Positions 46,817-56,680 of a DNA stretch of 64,000 bases are shown one piece after another. Position 1 is the stretch's first letter; each line of letters opens with the position of its first letter. Source of the stretch: Amphiscolops sp. MND2022 (lineage: Eukaryota); the NCBI GenBank assembly GCA_964187785.1, contig OZ076411.1, forward strand, positions 35,154,001 through 35,218,000. The letters run 5' to 3'. Under the pieces are notes generated by a model. That model made no database searches. It had not been told where the DNA came from and worked only from the letters and a program-made list of their open reading frames with translations. Position numbers and translations under genes: made by a program.

Positions 46817-47225
46817 GTTTTGGACACATTTCTGGGAGGTTTCTAAGAATATATTTTTATTTTTCGGTAGTTTTCGGTGCTCTGCCTTCTCACGTTCAAA
46901 ACTCCCGTCTTGTTTGTACGCCACAATAATACGATGCACAGAAGGTTTTGAGACCAAAAGGTCTTTCAAACTTTTCGATTCAGAAAAGTTTTGAAGGAAT
47001 TTCTGAATGACCTTTTTTCTGGTTTCATCACTGGTTTTCCTCGGACCCATAATTTCAATGCTTTCAGAAAACGTGAATTCAAAGACTGAGCGTTTGAGCG
47101 GCAATGAACATGGCTAATGAATTTTTTTTGTCAACATTTTTTGGCGGGTGTTTAATTAGCGAATTAAATCGAGCGTTCACTTTTGCATGTTCAAACTACC
47201 TGTTGGTTCGGTTGCTACAAACAAG
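46817..47225 (-). mobile_element. Tc1-like transposase N-terminal (HTH) fragment replacing part of the outermost LTR copy
   Basis: MGPRKTSDETRKKVIQKF..SKSLKDLLVSKPSVHRIIVAYKQDGSFER resembles the Tc1 paired-type HTH. About 380 bp of LTR sequence is absent at this position. Confidence 0.6.
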
Positions 47226-48118
47226 AGTGTAAAGTGTCACTTTCTTTCTGCCGTCTGCTACACTAACAAAAATGCGATGTATCCAAAGTTTTGTCCTTTC
47301 CGAACTAGATATTGGCTGGGTGAAGCGGTGGAAATACCTATACTCATACCTTTTTGACCTTTTATGCATTAAAGCATGAACTTGTCTCCAGATTTGTCAT
47401 TTGTATAAGCATTTTAGTTGATATTTCTTCCAAACAATTGAAGTTTGTATGTGTGCGATTTTTTCCTGAAGGCGTGTTGTAACAGTATCCAAAAGATTTC
47501 ACAGTGTCGCTGCGGGTCTCGTGTTTCTTTTCATTAGTCACCGCGAAATGTTTATCATATATCTACTCGGAATAATCTCAGGTAGTACGATTACCTTGGG
47601 ATTCGATCGAACAAGAACAAGAAAAAATACTTTGTTGTCCAGTATATTTATAATTTCAACCGATTTGTCATATCGCCAAAAGCTGGATCGATGAATTGGT
47701 TTCAGTTGTAAAATGCTCGTTAGCTAGCTCAGTCGGGATACTGTTTTACGAAGGTGCCTTAGTTTTTGTGTCCAAACTATCCACTCTGAATTTCAAAGCG
47801 CTGTAAGACCACAACCACTTGCAGGATTCTGTATCAGGGTTGTGTTTCTCTTCAGTATGTTCTGTTCACTTCGCGAGCCTCGCGCCAAAAGTCTATCTTT
47901 CAAATGTTGAATGAGGACATGGGTTGTATGCAGTGCAGCGTTACCTGGGGCGCTGTCATATCAACAAATATTCGTTCTTTGGGTTCTGCTAATGCTCCAA
48001 CTAGTGATCCATGTTCTGCATAGCTTTTCCATTCCATCTGCTAGTGAAGACAAGACAGTTGCTTCATTCGAATCACATTCTTTTCCCATTTTTTTTTCGG
48101 ATCTGTTTTCAGTTTTCA

Positions 48119-49509
48119 ATGGCACAATTGAAAGAATTGAAAGCTTTTGTGGTGGGGTGGACGGGAGCTTGTGGAGAACAATTAGTGAAACTACTTGCAA
48201 ACCGTGGTACATTCAAGGAAGTGATTCTTCTTGGCCGTCGGAAAATCGATTTTCCTGAAGACGATGCCCGCTCAAAATTGAGACAGGTAACGTCATTTTT
48301 CGTTGTTCTGTTCATTGAAGTGGTTTAATAATTTCGAAAAAGTTAGCATCTGCTCTCATTATCATTTCCAGTCGCTTTTTCTTGGTTTTAAGTGAATAGA
48401 GTTAATCCAGAAGTGACCAGAAAACTTCTCAATTATGCCTTATATTTAAAGAGCATCGAAAGGGTTCAAAGGATTTTTTCTACACTTTGACTTTTTGACT
48501 TTTTTCTCAGATTCCCCGCTCTGATTTTGATATTTCAACCAGGAAATAATCCTTTTGAGGCCAAATGTGTCTTTTTTGGACACTGTGCGACTTTTTTCCA
48601 ATTTCACAAAAAGCTTCTCGCTAAACCACAAAAAGGGTTCTTGATGCTCACAGTTAGGAACAAGTTTTCGAAGCTCAAGGGTCCTTCCTTCAATTATTTT
48701 GTGGCACCGTAAGTTTTGAAGTACTTGGCGCTTTTTCAGCCTCACCAGGGTGTCGACTAATACTGTTCCTGGCCATTTTCATTGTATAGAATATATTTTG
48801 TTCATGATATTGCTTCCAAATAGTTATGTGATGGGAAACCGCATATGAGTTTCAATGGTTGTCCCAATTCAGAGCTTTTTCATGTAAAGTGTTCAAAATT
48901 TCATGCTCTGTGATGCTTCGATGGCGTTCGCACAGCAACTGATCCCCTTGTGAGAATTGTTGCGATGAAAATTGTTGATTTCAGGAAATAGTTGATTTCG
49001 AAGATCTGCCCAAAAGTAAAGAGCTGTTCGCGGGCTGCGATGTAGGCTATTGTGCATTGGGAACCACTCGAATGGAATCCGGGTCTTCGGGTTTTATTAA
49101 AGTGGATTACGATTATATCATGAGTGTGGCGAAGTTGGCCAAAGAACAGGGCTGTAAGCAGTTCCACTTGATATCTTCCGTTGGAGCTGACAAGAAAAGT
49201 AAGATTTTGTACAGCCAGATCAAAGGAAAAACCGAAGAGGAAATTGCGGATCTTGGGTTCGATCAGTTCATCATCTACCGACCTGCTTTGTTGCTCAGAG
49301 GGGAGAAAGCTCGTGGTGTCGAAAAGTTCTACGCTGCAATAATAAAACCTGTCACAATTTTCAAACCAGAGCGCGGTCAAGTATCTAGCGAAGCCGTTGC
49401 TAAGTCTATGGTCCAACAGAGCCAATGTTTTGGAGTAGAAGGAACCGAGAAGAGGGTTCTTGTCACAAATGGCATCATCCACAAACTCGCCAAAGAGTTA
49501 GCTGATTGA
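48119..49509 (+). CDS. HTATIP2: Oxidoreductase HTATIP2/TIP30-like atypical SDR, 2 exons (48119-48286, 48985-49509), 230 aa
   Basis: AFVVGWTGACG..VILLGRRKIDF..Q|EIVDFEDL..DVGYCALGTTR..GFIKVDYDY..AKEQGCKQFHLISSVGADKKS..Y..IKGKTE..YRPALLL matches TIP30. Phase-0 GT-AG intron. Confidence 0.92.
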
Positions 49510-49624
49510 ACAGATAAAAGCGGTGGCTTGACCTAGTGATTCCCCTGAATGCTAAATTTTCCTCTATCTTCCTTGATTTCTACAATTTTTGTAGTTTTTA
49601 ATTTTGCTTGAAGTGTGTCTTACA

Positions 49625-49846
49625 AGTAGTAAAGGAGGGGGGGGTTATGAACGTAAGATAGATTTCTTATGCACGTTTTGGGCTCCCAACCGAAATTATT
49701 CTAAGATAGATTTCTTGTGCACGTTTTGGGCTCCCAACTCGAAAACTTTCAAAGTCATAAAGCTCAAAGGTCAAACTGATTCTTTATTCAAAATGTGTGC
49801 CATATGTCAAGCTTTGTTTACATTGCAAAGCGATGAAGGTTTCTTA
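49625..49846 (+). repeat. Polinton left TIR with internal 48-bp tandem unit
   Basis: Reverse complement of 63210-63459 apart from a 26-bp gap and a few substitutions. The AAGATAGATTTC.. unit occurs at 49655 and 49703. Confidence 0.95.
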
Positions 49847-50226
49847 ATGGTTTCTATACCAAGAGAAACGTTAACTTAGAAAGATTTCGAATCTTATTGA
49901 TACAGAAGACTGCTGACTGTCCTTTCGTGACATTCTCACAGAGATAGAATAGAAAAGTACCGTTTGGACAAACTTTGAAAGAAATCGAATGTTATATCAG
50001 AGCTCACAAGTGAATGAAAATCTTCGCTCTTAAAAGCCCATAATTACGATTTCTTACTGTTCCGGAAAATTGAAAAGCTAAACTGTCTCAAATTTTCCTT
50101 CACGGTGCCATTCTCCTTCAAAAAAGTAGTTGAATTTCCTAGTACGTTTTCTGCTCTTTTTTATCTTGAGAAATTTCAACTTGATATGGAATGGCACCGT
50201 GAATATTTGAAAGGTTTCACTCTGGA

Positions 50227-53200
50227 ATGAATTTTTCATGCCAACATTGTGGGAAGATTTTGGCTTCCCAGCGAGCTTTAAGCAATCATATGAAAACAAA
50301 ACATGGAAATATTGAACAGAGCACCAAAATATTCCACTGTGGACACTGTCCTACAGGTTTCACCCAATCAAAGAATTTGTTGAGGCATTTACGCTCCGTC
50401 CATAAAATGACAAACCAATTCCGATGTTCTACATGTCCCAGTTTTTATGGTTGCTCTACAGCTCTTTCTACGCATGAGAAGGAGTTGCATTCCACTGGAA
50501 ACGTCAAACGCTCTCTTCCAGAAAATGTTTCAACTGTCGCATTCTCAACAAAAGCTTTGAAATCACATTTCCAAATTCATCGATTGAAACTTGGGGAGTC
50601 GTCGTTTATTGAACCTTTCAATTGCTTGATTTCTTTGAAAGACAAAATTATGGGATTTGTCAACTCGATTTTGGAGGTTGAAGGCAACATGAAGATGGGG
50701 TTTTCAATGAGCGTGCGTTTACGCAAACCTTTAGTTGACGATTCGACCGAAGCTTTTTTCAATTCAAGCATGGCCAAGCTATCGCTGGAATTTACTGAAG
50801 AGGAGTTCTTGGAGCACTTGGATCAACTGATGAGCCAACTCAACGTGTTTGCTACTGGTGGCTCAGGCTGGGTTGTGGAAAAAATGGAGAGATTTGAAAT
50901 CAAGACTGCAAAATGTGCTACTGTGGTTGCTGGTTCCTACATCAAAACGCCCCCTATTCTGCAGAAATTGAAAAGAAGCCTTTTGAATATAGTCAATAAA
51001 AAGGACAATTTCTGCTTCCTGTATTGTGTTGCCGCGGCGCTGTTCTCTTTCGTCGGTCGTGCCTTTCGACCCAAAACACATTTGGAAAATGTGCATAAGC
51101 TACATTTTAATGCAAAACAAATGCCCATGCCACTCTCTGGTATTCGATCCTTTGAAGTTAGAAACCAATGCTCAATCAATGTCTATCAGTTAGATGGGAG
51201 AAAATTGATCAATATCTACAGTAGCAAAAACAAAAGTCACAGAAGAAAAGTTAATCTTTTGCGATTGGTTGAAGGGAAACGGAGTCACTATTGTCTCATC
51301 AAAAACTTTTCAAACCTTATTCATCATCTTTCTCGCTCTCCGCGGAAAAGGTCAACTGGTCCGAAAAGTCGATTCTGCAGGAATTGTTTCCAACCAGTTT
51401 TGAAACAAAATATGGCCAGGCATTCCACTTTTTGTGAATCCAACGATCCTTTGGAAATCCTAATGCCGAAAGACGACCGATTACTCCAGTTTGTGAATTG
51501 GCAGAAAACACAGCAGTGTCCATTTGTTGTGTACGCTGATTTGGAGGCATTGAATGTTTGTCAAACTGAAACCCACAGCCTCTCGACAAAAACGCGGGAG
51601 ATTGAGCGACAGTTTCCTGCTAGTTACGGTGCTGTTCTGGTCGATAACAAGGGTTAGTGTTTTCATTTATATTTTCCAACAATTAATCAACCATATTTCA
51701 ACTATAATTGGTAATTTTAGCTGGAGCAGTTGTGAAAGAGTCCTTTTATCGTGGTCGAAACTCTATATCGAAGCACCTGAACACTTTACGACAATGGTCT
51801 GTCTGGTGTTACTCAGAAAAGCAAAAGTTCCGTTGGCTCAAAATCCCAAAAGCTGAGCGCGAAAGGATCCTAAATGTGCATTTTGCCGAGTGTTGCATCT
51901 GCGGTAAAGAAGCTGAAGTTTCCACACGGGTGATTCACCATTGCCATTTGTCTGGAAAAGTCTTTGGCGTGGCCCACTCCAAGTGTAACCTGCAAGCAAG
52001 AACAACAAATTTTCTGCCCGTATTCTTCCACAATTTTTCGCGCTACGATTCGCATCATATGTTGAAAAATTTGAAATTGGAGAAGGGTGAAAAACTTTCA
52101 GCAATCGCCAGAACTGATGAGACTTTTACTTCAATTAACTTATCTATGCCGGTGGGAAGCTACACTGACAAAAAGAACAGAATTGTCAGGCTGTTTCATT
52201 CATTGCGATTCCTTGACAGCTTGCAATTCATGTCACAAAGTTTGGAATCATTGGCTAAGACATTGAAGGCTGACGATTTTGCACTCCTTCGTCAACATTT
52301 TTCTGGTGTACCTGATCAGGTGTTCGAAAAACTGACCAAAAAAGGTTTTTTTCCATACAGCTTTCTGGACAGCTTCCAAAAGTTTGATGAACCGTTGCCA
52401 CCCCTCGGAATTGATTGGAAAAATACCCTCACTGGGACAGTGGATATAACTCCTGACCAATACAATGAAGCTGTTACTATCTATGAAGCTTTTGCTTGTA
52501 AGAATCTGAGAGATTACCACGATCTCTACTTGCAAACGGATGTTTTTCTGTTAGCTGACATTTTTGAAAAATTTAGAAGGGTTTGTCTCAAGGTGTACAA
52601 GCTTGACCCGGCTCATTTCTACTCAGCTCCGAACCTCAGTTGGGACGCGATGCTGATCTCAACGGATGCAAAGTTGGGCTTATTGGATGAAATTGACAAA
52701 CTTTTGTTTTTCGAACGTGGAATTAGGGGTGGAGTTAATGGTGTCGGCGAGATTCGACATTTCTGTGCCAACAACGGTTTGCTACCTCATCACAACCCTA
52801 GCAAAGCTACAACGTTTGGAGCGTTCTTTGATGTCACGTCTCTATATGCGGGCACAATGCAAAAAATGATGCCCATAGGCAATTATAAATGGAACACCGC
52901 GCTAACATTGCAACAAATTCTCGATACTCCCGCTGATGCAGATGTCGGTTTCTTTGTCGAAGTTGACCTCCTGTATCCAAAAGAACTTCATGATACTCAC
53001 AATGGCTTGCCTTTGGCACCCGAGAAACGTCAAATTATGCCTCAATGGCTGTCTGCTTACGCTAAATCTTTTGGCTTGAAGCCGAACAAAGTCCCTAAAC
53101 TGATTGAAACCCTCTTTGACAAGAAAAACTACGTCTGTCACTACGAAAATTTGAAATTTTATGTAAAGCATGGATTGGTTGTGGAAAAACTGCATCGTGT

Positions 53201-54101
53201 GTGCGAGTTTAATCAAAGTAAATGGTTGGGTGTCTACATTGAAAAAAATACCATCATGCGTAAGCAGGCTGAAAATGACTTTGAAAAAAACTTTTTCAAG
53301 CTAATGAGCAACGCTTGTTTCGGAAAAACAATGGAGAATCTACGCAAGCGAAGTAAAATTGCTTTTGTGGGAAACGTTCAACAAGCTGAATCAATGATTC
53401 AAAAACCATCTTTCAAATCATTCAATATCGTCAATGAAAATCTGGTCAGCGTATCGTTCAAATCGAGCAGTGTCCTATGGGACAAACCAACTCCGGTGGG
53501 AGCATCAATTCTTGACTTGTCCAAACTTTCGCTTTACAAATTCCATTATGAGCAAATGGTACCCCGCTATTCTGCAGCTAAGTTGAAATTGGCCTACAAA
53601 GACACGGATTCGCTGCTTTATTGCGTCGAAACAGAAAATTTGTATCAAGACATGGCCAGTTTCAAACACCTTCTCGACTTGTCTGATTATCCTAAAGACC
53701 ACTTTCTATATGACCCAACAAACAAAAAAGTCCCTTTAACTATGACGGATGAGCTCCAAGGCAAAGTTCTGAGAGAAGTCGTCTGTCTCAGATCCAAGTT
53801 GTACAGCATCGACTTCGTGGGCGGAAAGAAACAGAGTGCAAAGGGCGTTGCCAAGTCTGTTAAAAAGACGTTGCATCATGATCTTTTCAAAAAGTGCCTC
53901 CTCTCGAAAGAACAAGTAACCAAGACCATGTTTCAACTGAAGTCCGTCAATCACCAAATTGTTGTTAATTCTGTCGAGAAAATAGCATTGAGTGCTTTTG
54001 ACGACAAGCGCTACATATTGAATGATGGGATTGCGTCGCTAGCGTATGGTCATTATGCCATTCCAGTTCCAGATCAAGGTATTTTTCGTTTTTTAATTTA
54101 A
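50227..54101 (+). CDS. polB: Protein-primed family-B DNA polymerase with 3 N-terminal C2H2 fingers and an endonuclease-VII-like His-Me module; exons 50227-51652 and 51721-54101 (1268 aa)
   Basis: ExoI VYADLE, C.IC..HHCHLSG..AHSKCN, ExoII FHNFSRYD, and polymerase motifs FDVTSLY, KLMSNACFGK and YKDTDS. The 68-nt GTTAGT..TTTTAG intron joins the two ORFs in phase 1. Confidence 0.93.
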
Positions 54102-54138
54102 AAAATTTTTTTTGTGTATTGAGAGCGTGAGGTTTTAG

Positions 54139-54694
54139 TCAATGTTGCTTCTGACGAAGAGTTGGACTCTTCTAGTGACTGTGATAAATCAGTGAGCTGC
54201 AGCAGCAGCAGCAGTGTCCCCACTTCTGACAGTGATACTGATGCCGACTCTCTCGATGGCAGCTGCTCATCGCGTGCTTCCAGCTACGCGAGTCCTCTGA
54301 AACAAGCTTTAAAATCTGACTTGACAAATTTCAGTTGGTACCGTTTTATTCCAAATGTATCGATCACTTTATATTCACCATTGATATAAACCTAATTGTT
54401 AATTTAGATGCCCCCGATCCTGGCTTCAATCAATCAGCTTCTTGCTCTAACGATGATGAAGAATTACCAGATGTTGTTGATTGGGACACTCTATCTGACG
54501 ACTTGGCTGATGAGCAGCACGATGCACACTTTGATTGTCCATTCATTAATTATGAGGCACAAGAGTCGACTGACGACGACGATGGTTCTCAATTTAATGG
54601 AGAGTATTATTCAACTCAGAAACGACGAAAAATTTTCTCAAGTGCCGAATTTAAACTAGTGAATTATTCTTCCAGTAGCGGAGATGAAAACTAA
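54139..54694 (+). CDS. Ser/Asp-rich acidic coding segments (54139-54333, 54408-54694), possibly extra 3' exons of pPolB
   Basis: The two acidic ORFs can be joined to pPolB by phase-1 introns 54079-54138 (60 nt) and 54334-54407 (74 nt). The donor sites are weaker than that of the first intron. Confidence 0.4.
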
Positions 54695-54765
54695 TAGCTC
54701 AATACTGCTTCTATTTATGCAAAATGGCGAGGGTATATAACGTTTAAATTCAAAAAGTAGATGTC

Positions 54766-55323
54766 TTACACTACAGTATATCTAAACAATGTATGATATT
54801 GACCATTCATGAAACGAATAATTTCAACTTCTGTAAAGTGTTTGAGTTTTGGATCAATTTCCTTAGGTGCTTTTGTAGGATTCCTTGCAATGTAGTCAAT
54901 CATGAAGAGACAATAGAGCCCGCACAGATTTGAGCTGGCGTTTTGAAGGGTCAGGTTGATTGTCGAGAATCCTGTCTTTCCGTACAGCATCTTCAGACGC
55001 TGAGCGAAAATTTTGTAACGTGACAAGGGTTGACCTAGACAATCCCAATTAAAAACTAGATTTTTCTTCTTTTGTGTCGAGACTGCTCCCAGTAGCAGCC
55101 AATGTTTTCCTACTGCACCCAATGGGGATGTGTTGACAATTTGGAACCAAACCAAACGAGGTCTATAGTACAATGAATGTTTTGATCCTCTCCGCAAAAT
55201 TATCCGTTGTTCGGTCCATCCTGGCTGTTTGGGAAAATTGTCTGCAGACCAAACACCAGCAAAGCTTGGTTTCAAATGTGGATTCTGTAGAACAATCTGC
55301 TGTAATGTTGAATTATCCATCAA
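54766..55323 (-). CDS. Adenain-like (Ulp1-fold) cysteine maturation protease, 185 aa
   Basis: IVNTSP..GKHWLLL, NWDCLGQP and LQNASSNLCGLYC give the His/Asp/Gln/Cys motifs in Polinton PRO order. Confidence 0.92.
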   Translation of the reverse strand: MMDNSTLQQIVLQNPHLKPSFAGVWSADNFPKQPGWTEQRIILRRGSKHSLYYRPRLVWFQIVNTSPLGAVGKHWLLLGAVSTQKKKNLVFNWDCLGQPLSRYKIFAQRLKMLYGKTGFSTINLTLQNASSNLCGLYCLFMIDYIARNPTKAPKEIDPKLKHFTEVEIIRFMNGQYHTLFRYTVV

Positions 55324-56665
55324 ACGGGCTGTTTTTCTTTATGTTGCGCGCTGAGTCAATAAACACTTGACTAAATCGCTCTCCAATCAAAAAAAGTTCA
55401 ATAGCATCATCGAGTGCTTTCTCAAAGTACAGCTTTACAGTCAAACTGGATCCCGTTAGCTCGGGGAAAAGTGTGAAAGTTTTGCTAGCTTCTTCAGTTG
55501 ATGTTAAGTCGAACACGAGAAAAAAATGGTTGTCTGTATAATCCTCAAGGCTGATGCCGTTACTCTTTTGGGTGAATCCAAGAGCGGTAATCGTATTGTA
55601 GTACAATCTCACATTGTTTGTAGTATCCAATGGTGTCCCAGCTAAAGGAACACCATTGCCCCTTTGGATTTCCACTCTTTGCAAGTTGAACTTTTGGTAT
55701 GAGAAAGGAGACTCGTTTAGTGGCGTACTTCGGAACAAGGAGTTTTTAACCATGCACAAAGTTAATCGTCGAATTGGCTCGGTGCCAAAAACATTTTCCT
55801 TTATGAAACAATTTTGCCCGGCTTGAATAATGAAACTTTTGTTCAAACTCTCAATGTACGGATACATTGCATCGCTTTTCACCAGTGCTCTTTCTATCGA
55901 CAATTTAACACTGTCAGTCACTACAACCTTCCTCACAAAAAGCGAAGCCTTCTCGACAATGGCCAAAAGTTTTCCGTCGTGCGCTTTTGCTTCATCATCG
56001 GTGCCTTTGAGATGGATGATTGTGTTATTTGGCGAGCGGTAAAGACGAATATGTAGGGTGACATTGGGCAGTAAAAGTTTTTCGCAATCCAGAAAATCAA
56101 TGTGGAGAGCACCGCATAACTGCATTTTGGATTCTTTCAGTTGAGCAAAATCAGCTGCAAGCTTGTTGAACATTTGATCTTTCTCACTGGACTTGGCTAA
56201 ATAATTGTAGCCTTGACATTTGGCCCATGAAGCTTTACTATCAGTGTCGGTGGTTAATTCAGTTTCCACAAATGCGGAATGTAAGTAACAATTGTTGCTG
56301 TGAGAAATCAATTTCCCATTGAGATACAATTCTGCATGCGAAAAGAGCGTGTGGAGGGTATTGTTGGAAAAAACTGCATCAAAGTCACCTGGTTTTGCCT
56401 TTGTCTTTCCATCCTCATGATAGATTGCCACCTCAACACTGAGAACAATGCGATTCAAGTCAATCAAATTTTTTGCTTCAGCGGCAACAAAAAAATCCAA
56501 CTGTGGTCCGCGACAACCAACATGGGGGAATACTTCTTGATCGTAGGCCCCTTCGTAATTGATCATTACTTCAGGCTTTTCGAAATAGTCTAGAGCGCTG
56601 TGTGTCACTGGTTTTGCAATTTCCGTCGAGTTTCCCACAAAGAGGTTGTTAACTGATGCTGCCAT
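55313..56665 (-). CDS. Major capsid protein (double jelly-roll, hexon-like), 450 aa
   Basis: NNTLHTLFSHAELYLNGKLIS..NCYLHSAFVE, LHIDF..EKLLLPNV.L.I.L.R and F.VFDLT are typical of Polinton MCP; size and position also fit. Confidence 0.9.
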   Translation of the reverse strand: MAASVNNLFVGNSTEIAKPVTHSALDYFEKPEVMINYEGAYDQEVFPHVGCRGPQLDFFVAAEAKNLIDLNRIVLSVEVAIYHEDGKTKAKPGDFDAVFSNNTLHTLFSHAELYLNGKLISHSNNCYLHSAFVETELTTDTDSKASWAKCQGYNYLAKSSEKDQMFNKLAADFAQLKESKMQLCGALHIDFLDCEKLLLPNVTLHIRLYRSPNNTIIHLKGTDDEAKAHDGKLLAIVEKASLFVRKVVVTDSVKLSIERALVKSDAMYPYIESLNKSFIIQAGQNCFIKENVFGTEPIRRLTLCMVKNSLFRSTPLNESPFSYQKFNLQRVEIQRGNGVPLAGTPLDTTNNVRLYYNTITALGFTQKSNGISLEDYTDNHFFLVFDLTSTEEASKTFTLFPELTGSSLTVKLYFEKALDDAIELFLIGERFSQVFIDSARNIKKNSPFDG

Positions 56666-56680
56666 TCTCTGAATTTTTGT

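Larger units (their letters stand above)
30462..47262 (-). mobile_element. Degenerate Ty3/Gypsy LTR retrotransposon with env-like and extra 3' ORFs; 5' end tandemly amplified
   Basis: On the - strand the order is LTR-PBS-leader, gag remnant, PR, RT, RH, IN (Gypsy order), env-like, extra ORF, PPT, LTR. Homology of the 3' LTR to the 5' copies stops at about 30462, where the PBS begins in those copies. Confidence 0.88.
40740..47308 (-). repeat. Four tandem copies (1615-1665-bp period) of [about 45-bp flank + LTR + PBS + about 900-bp leader]
   Basis: PBS anchor TGTCACCA at 41641, 43306, 44921 and 46538. LTR 5' ends at 42352, 43974, 45587 and 47262. Confidence 0.93.

Noticed and set aside
40546-46929. 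Recurring 60-145-aa ORFs in the 1.6-kb array
   Set aside because: They lie in LTR/leader sequence, change length and frame between copies, and have no protein motifs.
48100-48121. Acceptor-like sites just upstream of host ATGs (also about 7806 and 19677) as evidence of SL trans-splicing
   Set aside because: Equally explained by 5' UTR introns (a donor exists at 47581); not distinguishable without transcripts.
48901-49482. 193-aa minus-strand ORF (similarly 56709-57155, 12114-12416, 20557-20808)
   Set aside because: Antisense shadows of well-supported coding exons.
49604-49879. ORFs in both TIRs (also 63191-63424) sharing SKIDFLCTFWAPN repeats
   Set aside because: Translations of the 48-bp TIR repeat; starts differ between the two ends.
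51600-51760. pPolB as a broken pseudogene
   Set aside because: The break is fully explained by a canonical in-phase intron.
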